Source: a virus. Taken from it: a DNA stretch of 41,113 nucleotides. The position numbers were made by a program, and so were the translations under genes. Where the stretch lies: the UHGV virus genome UHGV-0041836, one strand, 5' to 3'. The notes below the pieces were generated by a model that did not search any database, was not told the DNA's origin, and saw only the letters and a list, made by a program, of their open reading frames with translations. Below are positions 18,758 through 28,615 of this stretch, piece by piece (the first letter of the stretch is position 1; each line of letters opens with the position of its first letter).

Positions 18758-20956
18758 TTACTGCTGTGGTTGTTGCTGAGTTGATTTTTGCAGGATGCTG
18801 CTGATGTCCATGCGCTGCGCATGGCCCTGTGCCTGACTTTTCAGGACAAGCTCTGCATCAGCACGGGCATTGTCTCCTTGCTGTTGCTGGAACTGTCCGA
18901 GCAGTTTCAGAGCCTCGCGGATATCAGATTTCTGCTGGCTATCGGCAGATGCGAGGATTTTCACAACATTTGCCGCTGCAACCTGAGCATCAGTCTGTGC
19001 CTGGAATGCTTTAACCTGAATGGCTGCCTGCTCGTTCTGCGCTTTCTGCAATTCAGCCTGACCAGCAAGAAGCTGACCTTGCGCAGCAACCATAGCCGGA
19101 TCTGGCTGACTGGCCTGTTGTTGTTTCGCCTGCTCAACCATCTGCTGTTCTTCTGGCGTTCTCGGCTTGATAACTCCAGACAGAAGCAACTGATTGCGGT
19201 TGTATTCTTTAAGGTCGTCCATCCCTTCGCCGTCCATATTGTCGAGGATCATCGACGATACAAGGTCGTGTTTCGGCGTTCCGGGCGGGATAAGTGCCAG
19301 CATGGAAAGTAACGACTTAACCGTTGCGTCACGGCGAGTAGCGAACGACTGACCGACATCGACAGTCACTTCATAGTTACCCTGCGAAAGGTCGTTAAGC
19401 GCGATAACCTGCCCTGTCTGACGGTCAACCACTTCACCAGTCATCAGCGCCACGTCATCGCTGCCATCCTCATTAACGATGCGCATTGGCGTATCGCTGC
19501 CATAGACTTCACGAGCCATAGAAAGCCACACGACGCCAGCACGGCGCATGGATTTAGCCATGTTGTCCATGTAGATATAGGACTGCGTGTCCATCCGGTT
19601 AAAGATGCTATCAACGGTATCGGTAGCGACGTTGCTCGGCATGTTCTCAAGCTGCGACGCACCTGTAATTTGCTGAATAGCCGTTCCGGTGTACTGCAAT
19701 AGCCCGGCAAGAGCTGGCGGCATTTGTGTCGGAGGTGTCCAGCCAGCAACCTGAGCTTCTGAAATGACTGTTCCGTTTTTGTCCTTCTTGCTGGTCATAG
19801 GAAGAACTGCAGGTCTTTTCTTATTCCTCTCTGCCCAGTGATTCATTAATGGGCCGGGAATGAAATCAACATCCACGATAGGAATGCCATCACCGCCAGC
19901 CTGAGTGGCGTTATCTGCAATCATGGAAACCATCAGGTTCTCAAGACGCTGTGCATCCATCGCTTTTGCTGCGTGGCCTTCGATTCGCTCCTGATTATCA
20001 ACAAATGAGCGACGCCCATATACCGGGATGAGTGGAATATGTTCGCCCGGAATACGCTTCGGTTCTTCCAGCCATTCAGCGCCAGACAGAAGGCCGCAAT
20101 AAACGCGGCGTTTCTTCACCGTTCGCTCACCAATCAGTTCGAATGCGCCATCGGTTAGCTCGTCGACAATATCTTTGATTTGATCTTCATCATAGATTGC
20201 CGTTTCTCCGCTAACAGGGTTGCGCCACGCCGTGAGCTTCACCTTCTCTATGCGGACTTCGTAGTAACGTCCAACATAGATGGCATCTGGCGTTGACCAG
20301 TCATATTGAGTGCCAGTGTCATCACGAGAAAGGCTTGCCGCGATGGAATCAGGGTATTCAGCCTCGAACGCTTTAGGCGTCATGGAGAACATTTCCATAG
20401 CCCACATAGCATCAGAGCGGTCATATTGCTTGCTGTCCTGATCAAAGAAGACGCATGTCGCTGGGTCGTAAACAGGAAGAAGGCTGATGCGGCGCTGCTC
20501 GTTACTCGGATCCATTTCATCTTCGTAATCGGCACACATGCGGAAACAACCGAATCCACCCGTTACGGCATCATCAAATGCGTTATCACACGCTTCGCCA
20601 CCGGATGTTTCCTGATAGTCAGCGCGGAATTTGCCGTTCATTTTTTCGGCTAAAGCTTCCGATGCCTTGTCATCCTTCGGCCTGAATTTAACGCTGATGC
20701 GATTCTGTCGATACTCGCCAATGATGCGATCACATTCACGGGAAATCTTATTCAGTTCAAAACGCGGATAATGCTCAAACCTGCCTTCATCAAATGAGTA
20801 ACCAGCGTTTGTGCTGCCTTCCCACTGTGCGCCGGACACCCGGACGAAACGCTGAGCCTCAATAATCTGCTCACGCATATCCTGCGTTGCTGACCAGGCA
20901 TTATCAAAGTTGCACAGCACCTTGCGATGCCAGTCAGTCATCTTTTTTTCTGCCAT
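18758..20956 (-). CDS. portal protein, P22 gp1-like
   Basis: 732 aa, immediately downstream of terminase large subunit; Gln-rich C-terminal barrel-like tail (QQQPQQ). Confidence 0.9.
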   Translation of the reverse strand: MAEKKMTDWHRKVLCNFDNAWSATQDMREQIIEAQRFVRVSGAQWEGSTNAGYSFDEGRFEHYPRFELNKISRECDRIIGEYRQNRISVKFRPKDDKASEALAEKMNGKFRADYQETSGGEACDNAFDDAVTGGFGCFRMCADYEDEMDPSNEQRRISLLPVYDPATCVFFDQDSKQYDRSDAMWAMEMFSMTPKAFEAEYPDSIAASLSRDDTGTQYDWSTPDAIYVGRYYEVRIEKVKLTAWRNPVSGETAIYDEDQIKDIVDELTDGAFELIGERTVKKRRVYCGLLSGAEWLEEPKRIPGEHIPLIPVYGRRSFVDNQERIEGHAAKAMDAQRLENLMVSMIADNATQAGGDGIPIVDVDFIPGPLMNHWAERNKKRPAVLPMTSKKDKNGTVISEAQVAGWTPPTQMPPALAGLLQYTGTAIQQITGASQLENMPSNVATDTVDSIFNRMDTQSYIYMDNMAKSMRRAGVVWLSMAREVYGSDTPMRIVNEDGSDDVALMTGEVVDRQTGQVIALNDLSQGNYEVTVDVGQSFATRRDATVKSLLSMLALIPPGTPKHDLVSSMILDNMDGEGMDDLKEYNRNQLLLSGVIKPRTPEEQQMVEQAKQQQASQPDPAMVAAQGQLLAGQAELQKAQNEQAAIQVKAFQAQTDAQVAAANVVKILASADSQQKSDIREALKLLGQFQQQQGDNARADAELVLKSQAQGHAQRMDISSILQKSTQQQPQQ

Positions 20957-20957
20957 A

Positions 20958-22373
20958 TCAACCTACACCACAAGGAATTGAGTAACTGGAATAGTCGGGT
21001 TGCGCAGCCGACTCCGGGCAATGCATACACATCATCAGCGCATCAGCCAGGTTAGGAGATGGAATACCGAGCTTCTGCTTCATTTCGACCTTAGTCATTA
21101 GCTCCAGCTTCCCGTTGTTATTGAATTTGCGCTGAATCTGCGTCAATTCTGCAAACAGCTTCTCCAGCATCTTCTCGCCTATCGCTTCTTTGTCGAAGCT
21201 CAGCATGTCGTCGGGGTCTGCATACTCACCGTAGACAACCGCCCGATATGTCAGATACAGCCTGTCAGCCAGCGCGTAATAGAATTGTGCTCGCTTATTG
21301 CGGAACACATCGCCAATAGTGCGAACGTTGTCACCCTGTACGACTTCATCAGCCCATGCTCCGGCTTGATACGGTGCATCTTCATCGAATGGCGATTCGC
21401 TGCCCTTGAACATCGTGGCGGTGATTTTCTTGCCGGAAAACGCTTCCGTTGTCTGTCTGCGTAGCCCGGCACCAACACCATCACCATCCCACAGGTAATG
21501 GTCAGCGCCGTCTTCAATCGCCAGCGAAGTAGCCCAGTCAGCACCCTCGTTGATGTCCATCAGCAGACCTTCGGCAATGCGCTTAACTACCGAACCGTGA
21601 CGCGATGCATAACCTTTAGCATCTGGCCCTGTATCTGATGGGTCATGCGCAGAGACAACAGCGCCTTTCGCTTTCCATCCGAGTTTCTTGTGCGCATCGG
21701 TTGCGGCTTCAAGCCATTCACGTTTGATAATTGCCATATCACTTGCGCTCACTGGCTCACCAAGCCAGATGTGACGATACAGTGTCGGATTTCTGCGTTT
21801 ACACTCTTCCATCTCCAGACGGAGAACTTCAGGAAAGTGCGGGTTGTCGGTGTAGTTCACCGTCAACAGGCAAATATCATCAGGAGGATTTACGACGAAT
21901 CGCTGATAGGTATCGTCGAGTATGTTCTTCGGGTTAAAGCTCACCCATATTTCAGAGAACGGCTTACGGATGGTTGGTATCAGGATATCCCATGATTCCT
22001 TCGTTACCGCTTCCGCTTCTTCCACCCAGCAGATATCAATACCTTCGAGCGATTTAATCTTCGTCGGGTTGTTTTTGATGCCGTAGAACATGAATTCAGC
22101 ATTCGTTCCGAGATGACGAATCATTGAACGCTGAATTTCAAACTCAGCCGAATATCCTTCACGCTCGATGGTGTCTTCAAGCAGCCGGATTACCGAATCG
22201 CTGATACTGTTTTGCAGTTCACGAGCGCAAAGAATACGCACTGGCTGACGACGCGCCGCTTCAACAAGCAGCCTCGCAATTGCCCATGATTTACCGCTAC
22301 CTCGACCGCCTTTGGCGACTTTGTAGCGATGCGCCTCAATGAACGGTTCAAAGATAGGATTAATCGAGGTCAT
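20958..22373 (-). CDS. terminase large subunit (ATPase/nuclease)
   Basis: 471 aa; Walker A KGGRGSGKSWA near N-terminus; Sf6 gp2-like length. Confidence 0.93.
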   Translation of the reverse strand: MTSINPIFEPFIEAHRYKVAKGGRGSGKSWAIARLLVEAARRQPVRILCARELQNSISDSVIRLLEDTIEREGYSAEFEIQRSMIRHLGTNAEFMFYGIKNNPTKIKSLEGIDICWVEEAEAVTKESWDILIPTIRKPFSEIWVSFNPKNILDDTYQRFVVNPPDDICLLTVNYTDNPHFPEVLRLEMEECKRRNPTLYRHIWLGEPVSASDMAIIKREWLEAATDAHKKLGWKAKGAVVSAHDPSDTGPDAKGYASRHGSVVKRIAEGLLMDINEGADWATSLAIEDGADHYLWDGDGVGAGLRRQTTEAFSGKKITATMFKGSESPFDEDAPYQAGAWADEVVQGDNVRTIGDVFRNKRAQFYYALADRLYLTYRAVVYGEYADPDDMLSFDKEAIGEKMLEKLFAELTQIQRKFNNNGKLELMTKVEMKQKLGIPSPNLADALMMCMHCPESAAQPDYSSYSIPCGVG

Positions 22374-22810
22374 TTTCCGAACAGAGTGCTCATCGGTGAT
22401 GTTTCAATCTGAATTGCGCCGCCGTCTTTGCCTGTTAGCTCGTGATCAACCTTGTCGCGCCATTTATCCTTCTGTCGGTTCTTAAGCCAGAAGATGGCGG
22501 CAGTTGTATCAGGCGGGTAATACTTCTCAAGCGGAGTTTCGACAATTCTGTTTTCAATAACACGAATATCGATGTCTGGAGCCACGAAGCCCATAGCGCG
22601 TTGATAAAGACGGTCACTAACTTCTGCATCAGCGACGGCCTTACCCTTTTTTATGGACTCCGAAAACTCAGGATAATCAAGCTTCCACTTGTTAATAGTT
22701 GACTCACTGACTTCGAAGAAATCAGCAAGCTCTGCATCGGTGTAGCCCAGCAAGCACAGTTTGCGTGCCTGTTCGGCATACGCCTCTTGATACTTTGTTG
22801 GGCGCGCCAT
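22370..22810 (-). CDS. terminase small subunit
   Basis: 146 aa; C-terminus LTGKDGGAIQIETSPMSTLFGK matches Sf6/P22-type small terminase tail as recalled; overlaps terL start. Confidence 0.85.
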   Translation of the reverse strand: MARPTKYQEAYAEQARKLCLLGYTDAELADFFEVSESTINKWKLDYPEFSESIKKGKAVADAEVSDRLYQRAMGFVAPDIDIRVIENRIVETPLEKYYPPDTTAAIFWLKNRQKDKWRDKVDHELTGKDGGAIQIETSPMSTLFGK

Positions 22811-22812
22811 GT

Positions 22813-23055
22813 TTATGCTCCGGTGGTGAACAGGTATAACGCTTCCTTCGATTTACGCACCGCTTCGATAGTGCGGGTAGTGATATCTGAATTAGCGCCG
22901 CCTGACTGGAAGTGAATTTTGAATAGCTCAAGCTTCAACTCGTCAGTGCCGATGAATTGAAATGCTTCTTCTGCGGCTGCGTTCTGGTTCATGACCAGCT
23001 TGTAAATCTCTAACTGGAATTTCTGTTCTTCAGTCATGGGAATAATCTCTGCCAT
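22813..23055 (-). CDS. hypothetical protein upstream of terminase genes
   Basis: 80-aa ORF ending 2 nt before the terS start; no recognisable family. Confidence 0.45.
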   Translation of the reverse strand: MAEIIPMTEEQKFQLEIYKLVMNQNAAAEEAFQFIGTDELKLELFKIHFQSGGANSDITTRTIEAVRKSKEALYLFTTGA

Positions 23056-23355
23056 TGTTGGCTCCGTTTATCCGTTAAAAGGGATATCAGTTAAGTTATC
23101 CCGTGTAGGGTATAAGCCATTGTCGAGACCACTCATTGAATGGTCTCTGCAATAACCGATGTCTTTCCATCAGTCCGCCACCACAAAGAATCTTTTTTGC
23201 CATAAGGCAGGAGGTTCATCTTTCAGTGGCTGCCAGTGTTATTTCCCCACTTACTGGCTTGGGTTGTTTCGCTGTACTGCCGTTAATTAGTGACCAGAAA
23301 TTAACTCCGGTTTCATTATCAAGCCCACCCGTAGATAGGCTTTGTAATGACATCT

Positions 23356-23880
23356 TCAATTAATCAGCAGTTCAGGCTGTGTCACCTGCAAGATGTATTC
23401 ATGCTCGACAGCCAGGACACGCTTCTCTTTCTTCCGTTCGTTCATTAACCGACTGCCGATCGTACCTTTCAGCTTTGAGCGTGTTTCTTTGATGGCGTAG
23501 CGGTGCTGCATTTCTTCGCCAATTGCCATGCGGCGGCTCAGTTGCTCTGCCATCCAGTTGAATGCTGCGATATAGCTCTCCTTGATTGCCGCAGCAGCTT
23601 TCCCGGTGAACCCCATCACAACCATGATCCAGCCATCTTTCGTCAGGCTGTACATCGGGCGAACCTTGCCCTGCTCATCGATATAATCAGCCGACGCAAA
23701 ATTGCGTTGGCTAAACTCACGCGAGCAATCAGCCTTAACCTGCTCGATTTTCCTGAGAACATCACCGTGTCGCTTGCCGAAGTACTTGGCAATTTTTCTG
23801 GATGTGGTAACGACCTCTCCGTTTTTGGCTTGCACCATTTCTCGGAAGTCGAAGGCTGGAATAACTGAATGATTATTCAT
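23356..23880 (-). CDS. rha: Rha-family phage regulatory protein
   Basis: Start placed at MNNHSVIPAFDFREMVQAKNGEVVTTSRKIAKYFGKRHGDVLRKIEQ (Rha N-domain-like) at ATG 23880; the track ORF extends to 24123 but the upstream part looks non-coding. Confidence 0.75.
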   Translation of the reverse strand: MNNHSVIPAFDFREMVQAKNGEVVTTSRKIAKYFGKRHGDVLRKIEQVKADCSREFSQRNFASADYIDEQGKVRPMYSLTKDGWIMVVMGFTGKAAAAIKESYIAAFNWMAEQLSRRMAIGEEMQHRYAIKETRSKLKGTIGSRLMNERKKEKRVLAVEHEYILQVTQPELLIN

Positions 23881-24222
23881 AGCGTCTTTACCTTTTAGAA
23901 AGTGAGCCTGTCTCACAGAAAAGCCGCCCGAGAGAGGTCGCCACCTATAACGGCATTTCTCAGGCTCGCTTACTGAAAGGCTCTCGTTAATATGCGCGTG
24001 AGATGCGCTGTGAAATTCAGATATAAAAAGCCCCGCGAATGCGAGGCTAAATCCTGGTATTTGTAATGAACTGGCTCTTATCTCAACGCAGCCCCTTACT
24101 GCGCGCAAGATGCTCAATATCAAGCATCAGCAATGAGATGTTTAATCTGGATTCACTCCAGAAGTGATCATCACCCTGTCTACAGAGCCAGATGTGAAGG
24201 ATGATGAGTAAAATTATCGCTA

Positions 24223-24690
24223 TCATCGAAGGCATTGCGTCCTGATGTATTCCTGAAGCGTTCTCAGTGCTGTTTGGTCGCGGATAATTCCGTCCCGGAC
24301 ACCGAGAACGTTTCGTCCAGCAACTGGAGAGAGTTCGACGGTGGCATCATTGCCCATGCCGGAGGCGCCGGAGGTTTCGGCTGAGGATGGCACAGGGCAT
24401 TTTCCTTTGACGAGCACCCTGCCACCATTATCAAGCTTGCGCCGAAGAGCATCATTTTCAGCTTTCGCATCAGCTAACTCCTTCGTGTATTTAGCATCGA
24501 GTGCATCAGCAGCACGCTGGCGTCGCTGCATGTCAGTAATGGTGGCGGCCGCCTGCTTCAGCTCACTGACTTTTTTATCACGCTGTTCTTTGTAGGCGAT
24601 GGCGTTATCACGGTAATGATTAACAGCCCATGACAGGCAGACGATGATGCAGATAACCAGAGCAGAGATAATCGCGGTGACTCTGCTCAT
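24223..24690 (-). CDS. Rz: i-spanin Rz
   Basis: 155 aa; N-terminus [31 protein letters not shown] matches lambda Rz as recalled. Confidence 0.9.
   Translation of the reverse strand: MSRVTAIISALVICIIVCLSWAVNHYRDNAIAYKEQRDKKVSELKQAAATITDMQRRQRAADALDAKYTKELADAKAENDALRRKLDNGGRVLVKGKCPVPSSAETSGASGMGNDATVELSPVAGRNVLGVRDGIIRDQTALRTLQEYIRTQCLR
24264..24470 (-). CDS. Rz1: o-spanin Rz1 (lipoprotein), embedded in Rz in +1 frame
   Basis: [21 protein letters not shown] lipobox followed by proline-rich [11 protein letters not shown]; embedded-gene architecture as in lambda. Confidence 0.75.
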   Translation of the reverse strand: MRKLKMMLFGASLIMVAGCSSKENALCHPQPKPPAPPAWAMMPPSNSLQLLDETFSVSGTELSATKQH

Positions 24691-25163
24691 ACCTCAATCT
24701 CTCTGACCGTTCCGCCAGCCTCTTTGAATTTTGCAATCAGGCTGTCAGCCTTATGCTCGAACTGACCATAACCAGCCCCCGGCAGTGAAGCCCAGATGTT
24801 GCTGCAACGGTCGATAGCCTGACGGATATCACCGCGATCAATCATCGGCAAAGCGCCACGTTCCTTAATCTGCTGCAGCGCAACAGCGTCCTGGCTTTTG
24901 GGAGAGAAGTCTTTCAGGCCAAGCTGCTTACGATAGGCATCCCACCAACGGGAAAGAAGCTGGTAACGTCCGGCTGCTGTTGATTTGAGTTTGGGGTTTA
25001 GCGTGACAAGTTTGCGAGGGTGATCGGAGTAATCAGTGAATAGCTCTCCGCCTACAATGACGTCATAACCGTGATTTCTGGTTTTCTGCCGTCCGTTATC
25101 TGTTCCTTCTGACCACGCCAGCATATCGAGGAACGCCTTACGTTGATTATTGATTTCCACCAT
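24687..25163 (-). CDS. R: endolysin (lambda R lytic transglycosylase)
   Basis: 158 aa; [51 protein letters not shown] matches lambda R as recalled. Confidence 0.95.
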   Translation of the reverse strand: MVEINNQRKAFLDMLAWSEGTDNGRQKTRNHGYDVIVGGELFTDYSDHPRKLVTLNPKLKSTAAGRYQLLSRWWDAYRKQLGLKDFSPKSQDAVALQQIKERGALPMIDRGDIRQAIDRCSNIWASLPGAGYGQFEHKADSLIAKFKEAGGTVREIEV

Positions 25164-25470
25164 CTTCTACTCCGGCTTTTTTAGCAGCGAAGCGTTTGAT
25201 AAGCGAACCAATCGAGTCAGTACCGATGTAGCCGATGAACACGCTCGTTATATAAGCGAGATTGCTACTTAGTCCGGCGAAGTCGAGAAGGTCACGAATG
25301 AACCAGGCGATAATGGCGCACATCGTTGCGTCGATTACTGTTTTTGTAAACGCACCGCCATTATATCTGCCGCGAAGGTACGCCATTGCAAACGCAAGGA
25401 TTGCCCCGATGCCTTGTTCCTTTGCCGCGAGAATGGCGGCTAACAGGTCATGTTTTTCTGGCATCTTCAT
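25147..25470 (-). CDS. S: holin (lambda S, class I)
   Basis: 107 aa; [43 protein letters not shown] matches lambda S with dual-start motif M-K-M. Confidence 0.92.
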   Translation of the reverse strand: MKMPEKHDLLAAILAAKEQGIGAILAFAMAYLRGRYNGGAFTKTVIDATMCAIIAWFIRDLLDFAGLSSNLAYITSVFIGYIGTDSIGSLIKRFAAKKAGVEDGGNQ

Positions 25471-25712
25471 GTCTTACCCCCAATAAGGGGATTTGCTCTA
25501 TTTAATTAGGAATAAGGTCTATTACTGATAGAACAAATCCAGGCTACTGTGTTTAGTAATCAGATTTGTTCGTGACCGATATGCACGGGCAAAACGGCAG
25601 GAGGTTGTTAGCGCAGCCTCTTGCCACCCGCTTTCACGAAGGTCATGTGTAGAAGGCCGCAGCGTAACTATCACTGATGAGTTCAGGATAGCCAGTGGCT
25701 ACGGCTCAGTTA

Positions 25713-25788
25713 TGGTGCTGGTTAACGGACTTGAACCGCTACCCATTCGCTTACAAGGCGACCGCTCTACCATTGGAGCTAAACCAGC
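25713..25788 (-). tRNA. tRNA-Thr (anticodon TGT) candidate
   Basis: Hand-folded cloverleaf on minus strand: GCTGGTT-TA-GCTC-CAATGGTA-GAGC-G-GTCGC-CTTGTAA-GCGAA-TGGGT-AGCGG-TTCAAGT-CCGTT-AACCAGC-A-CCA (76 nt; 7/7 acceptor pairs; encoded CCA). Confidence 0.7.
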
Positions 25789-25793
25789 ATATT

Positions 25794-25868
25794 TGGCGGG
25801 ACAGCGTGGACTCGAACCACGATAAGAAGGTTAACAGCCTTCCGTAATGACCTTTATACGACTGACCC
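25794..25868 (-). tRNA. tRNA-Asn-like (anticodon GTT) candidate, possibly degenerate
   Basis: Minus strand GGGTCAG...GAAGG-CTGTTAA-CCTTC-TTAT-CGTGG-TTCGAGT-CCACG-CTGTCCC-G-CCA; good anticodon and T arms, one acceptor mismatch (T-T) and a weak D-stem. Confidence 0.5.
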
Positions 25869-25870
25869 AA

Positions 25871-25930
25871 ATAAAAAATCCCGAAACCGTTGTGCAGGCT
25901 CTAACTATTACCTGCGAACTGTTTCGGGAT
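25871..25930 (-). terminator. tR'-type terminator of the short late leader (6S-like) transcript
   Basis: Minus strand AATCCCGAAAC...GTTTCGGGATT 10-bp stem followed by TTTTTTAT; matches the lambda tR' region as recalled. Confidence 0.7.
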
Positions 25931-26059
25931 TGCATTTTGCAGACCTCTCAGCCTGCGATGGTTGGAGTTCCAGACGATACGTCGAAGTGACCAACTAGGC
26001 GGAATCGGTAGTAAGCGCCGCCTCTTTTCATCTCACTACCACAACGAGCGAATTAACCC

Positions 26060-26105
26060 ATCGTTGGGTCAAATTTACCCAACTTTATTCAAAAAGTCAA
26101 TATTA
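26060..26105 (-). promoter_or_regulatory. late promoter pR' with Q-utilisation (qut) region
   Basis: Minus strand TTGACT (26100..26095), 17-nt spacer, TAAATT (26077..26072); immediately downstream of Q; matches lambda pR' as recalled. Confidence 0.7.
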
Positions 26106-26142
26106 TGCCGTTAATATGTTGCCATCCGTGGCAATCATGCTG

Positions 26143-26766
26143 TTAACGTGTGACCGCATTCAAAATGTTGTCTGCGATTGACTCTTCTTTGTGGCATTGC
26201 ACCACCAGAGCGTCATACAGCGGCTTAACAGTGCGTGACCAGGTGGGTTGAGTAAGGTTTGGGATTAGCATCGTTACAGCGCGATATGCGGCGCTTGCTG
26301 GCATTCTTGAATAGCCGACACCTTTGCATCTTCCGCACTCTTTCTCAACAACTCTCCCCCACTGCTCTGTTTTGGCTATATCAACCGCACGGCCTGTACC
26401 GTGGCAATCTCTGCATCTTGCGCCCGGCGTCGCGGCACTACGGCAATAATCCGCATAAGCGAATGTTGCGAGCACTTGCAGTACCTTTGCCTTAGTATTT
26501 CCTTCAAGCTTTGCAACGCCACGGTATTTCCCCGATACCTTGTGTGCAAATTGCATCAGATAGTTGATAGCCTTTTGTTTGTCGTTCTGGCTGAGTTCGT
26601 GCTTACCACAGAATGCAGCCATTCCGAATCCGGCTTGTGATTGCGCCATCCCCATAGCAGCCATCACATCAGTACCGGAAAGAGAGTCAGAAGCCGTAGC
26701 CCGTGGTGAGTCGCTCATCATCGGGCTTTTTGGCGAATGAAATTTAGCTGCGCTTTCGAGTCTCAT
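26143..26766 (-). CDS. Q: late-gene antiterminator Q (lambda type)
   Basis: 207 aa; MRLES.AKFHSPKSPMMSDSPRATASDSLSGTDVMAAMGMAQSQAGFGMAAFCGKHELSQNDKQKAINYLMQFAHKVSGKYRG matches lambda Q as recalled; Cys-rich zinc motif CRDCHGTGR...CGRCKG. Confidence 0.95.
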   Translation of the reverse strand: MRLESAAKFHSPKSPMMSDSPRATASDSLSGTDVMAAMGMAQSQAGFGMAAFCGKHELSQNDKQKAINYLMQFAHKVSGKYRGVAKLEGNTKAKVLQVLATFAYADYCRSAATPGARCRDCHGTGRAVDIAKTEQWGRVVEKECGRCKGVGYSRMPASAAYRAVTMLIPNLTQPTWSRTVKPLYDALVVQCHKEESIADNILNAVTR

Positions 26767-26951
26767 GGCCTTCCCCTTTTGCCCTGTTTGACCATCAGGA
26801 CGCCGTTAACTATTACGTGACGCTCGCCTTTGCTGTCTCGGTTGTACTTGAGCACTGTTCCTCTTGCGCAGGAAAGCATCCTTGCCACTTCGGTCTGATT
26901 GCCTCGTGTCTGGATAAGAAGCTCTGGTATCGTTTGAATTGTGGCGTTCAT
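26763..26951 (-). CDS. ninH: NinH-like protein
   Basis: 62 aa; IPELLIQTRGNQTEVARMLSCARGTVLKY resembles lambda NinH; immediately upstream of Q. Confidence 0.75.
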   Translation of the reverse strand: MNATIQTIPELLIQTRGNQTEVARMLSCARGTVLKYNRDSKGERHVIVNGVLMVKQGKRGRP

Positions 26952-27310
26952 GCGTTCTCCAGTTCGGTGATTTTTATTCCAAGCCTTCCGCCTGGTACTT
27001 TCACGCCACGAATTACGCGAATGTCATCGAATTGCTCGTCGTCTTCCGCAAATCCGGCGTGGATAAGGGAGTCGAGTAAACCTTTCAGGATGTTGTCGAG
27101 GTCGCGACGGCGGGAGTCCGGAACGTCTACGATGACTTTGATGCGGAGTCGTGATTTGGTGAAAATGTCTAACTTAAGTTGGCGGATGATTTGCTGAACG
27201 TCTTTTCGGTATTTCTGGCCTTTATCGCTGATGTAGTATTGGCTTCCCCGTCTTCGCCAGTAGGTATTCACCGACGGCGGGTATGGAAGCACAAACTGAT
27301 ATTCGTTCAT
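26948..27310 (-). CDS. rusA: RusA-family Holliday-junction resolvase
   Basis: 120 aa; YWRRRG...DVPDSRRRDLDNILKGLLDSLIHAGFAEDDEQ matches the RusA catalytic core (D-x-DN) as recalled. Confidence 0.88.
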   Translation of the reverse strand: MNEYQFVLPYPPSVNTYWRRRGSQYYISDKGQKYRKDVQQIIRQLKLDIFTKSRLRIKVIVDVPDSRRRDLDNILKGLLDSLIHAGFAEDDEQFDDIRVIRGVKVPGGRLGIKITELENA

Positions 27311-27597
27311 GGCTTAATCTTCCCCTCCCTCAGCAGTATCGCCTGCGTCCTGATCACGCCTTCGAGGTGGTAAAGTCTGGCGTCTTTGTTGTCGAGAATC
27401 CGGGTGCGTCGGTCGATCTCCGCGTGGCAGTCACTACAAGCCCATGCGCCGATCAGGTCGTCAGGCTTCATTCCAGTTCCGCAAATTCCAGCCATCCGGT
27501 AATGTGCCAGAACTGTAGTTTCAGGATTGCCATTGCATATGCCGTAAATACGTACCTGGCATTCTCTGCCGCGTGCTTCTTTGCGTAGGTTAGCCAT
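27307..27597 (-). CDS. nin-region protein, Cys/His-rich (DUF1364-like)
   Basis: 96 aa with CxxxxxxxxC...CSDCH metal-binding-like motifs; conserved nin-region position. Confidence 0.55.
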   Translation of the reverse strand: MANLRKEARGRECQVRIYGICNGNPETTVLAHYRMAGICGTGMKPDDLIGAWACSDCHAEIDRRTRILDNKDARLYHLEGVIRTQAILLREGKIKP

Positions 27598-27866
27598 TAT
27601 GGTTCGCTCCAGTAATTCTCAATTGCAGCAGCCATTCTCTGCATCCACTCAGCCAGCTTTAACGCGGCTTCTCTTTCAGAACCACATTTAGGGAAATCCT
27701 TCATTTCCATGCTGGCCTTATATGTTCTGAATGCCAGGTCTCCGGTAATAACCAACTCCTGATCAAGCACCGAGCGTTTATTCCGGTGTTGAACGTAATA
27801 GACAGATTCAGTCCGCATTTCTTCTCTGTCTTTTTTGAAGGAAATAAGCTCAGAGAAATCACTCAT
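27597..27866 (-). CDS. hypothetical nin-region protein
   Basis: 89-aa ORF, start overlapping NinF stop (ATGA coupling). Confidence 0.5.
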   Translation of the reverse strand: MSDFSELISFKKDREEMRTESVYYVQHRNKRSVLDQELVITGDLAFRTYKASMEMKDFPKCGSEREAALKLAEWMQRMAAAIENYWSEP

Positions 27867-28029
27867 CGTCTTCTTCCTCGTACATTGAGCTATTCGGATC
27901 GCTCATCAGTTCTGCGCAGCAGTGCTCACACATGTGAACTTCCAGCACATGCAGCTTCTGACCGCAGTTAGCGCACGTTAAAGCCCGCTCGACGCTTTCT
28001 TGTTCGTAACTTCGATTTGGGTCAATCAC
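27859..28029 (-). CDS. ninF: NinF-like protein (GTG start)
   Basis: 56 codons [56 protein letters not shown], very similar to lambda NinF as recalled; below the ORF-track size cutoff. Confidence 0.6.
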   Translation of the reverse strand: MIDPNRSYEQESVERALTCANCGQKLHVLEVHMCEHCCAELMSDPNSSMYEEEDDE

Positions 28030-28208
28030 CTTGTTTTCCTCGCACGTTCTCTAAGCCACCGGATATCCCACAGGTGAGCTGTGTAATTGAAGGTTTTTAC
28101 GTCAGATTCTTTTGGGATTGGCTTACGTTTATTTCTGGAGCGTTTCGTTGGAAGGTATTTGCAGTTTTCGCAGATGATGTCGGTGATGCTTCGTCGCTGT
28201 CGTCTCAT
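28026..28208 (-). CDS. ninE: NinE-like protein
   Basis: [60 protein letters not shown] matches lambda NinE as recalled; start taken at internal ATG 28208. Confidence 0.75.
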   Translation of the reverse strand: MRRQRRSITDIICENCKYLPTKRSRNKRKPIPKESDVKTFNYTAHLWDIRWLRERARKTR

Positions 28209-28615
28209 TCGTACCTCCTGTCGGTAAATCTGACACCCTGACCAATAGCCCATGCTGTCGTGTACTCAATCAGACTTGCCATACGCTTCACACTCATCTG
28301 CGCGCTACTTTCGCGAATGTTGACGTATTCGCCTTCAAGCCCGGGCAAAACATCAGCTTCCTGTTTTGTTGCCACTGCATGACCGCTGATCAACAAAACC
28401 TTCCATTGTTCTGGTTTTAGCCATTTATCGCACCATTGAACCTGACGAGCGATATCCGCCAGCATCGCGTGAAATTTTGCGTTCTGGTCAAGGTTGCGCT
28501 TGTAGTCAGTAATGCGGATGGTGACTGGCTTGTCTTTATCGAGTGGTGTTGCGAGGATGGCGTTGATTGCGGCTTGCTGTTGTTGCTTAGTTCGGAGGAA
28601 TATTGTTTGCTTCAT
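28205..28615 (-). CDS. ninB: NinB (Orf-family recombination mediator)
   Basis: 136 aa; pattern ...[19 protein letters not shown]...W resembles lambda NinB (DQNRKLWACLGDVSRQVEW). Confidence 0.82.
   Translation of the reverse strand: MKQTIFLRTKQQQQAAINAILATPLDKDKPVTIRITDYKRNLDQNAKFHAMLADIARQVQWCDKWLKPEQWKVLLISGHAVATKQEADVLPGLEGEYVNIRESSAQMSVKRMASLIEYTTAWAIGQGVRFTDRRYE

Noticed and set aside
18788-19312. 174-aa plus-strand ORF
   Set aside because: Antisense to the portal gene; Leu-rich low-complexity product.
23881-24123. N-terminal 81-codon extension of the Rha ORF (track ORF 23356..24123)
   Set aside because: The extension is hydrophobic low-complexity sequence lacking the Rha signature; the conserved Rha N-terminus begins at the internal ATG 23880.
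25620-25712. Possible third tRNA downstream of the Thr candidate
   Set aside because: No cloverleaf could be folded, and the sequence matches the lambda late leader upstream of S as recalled.
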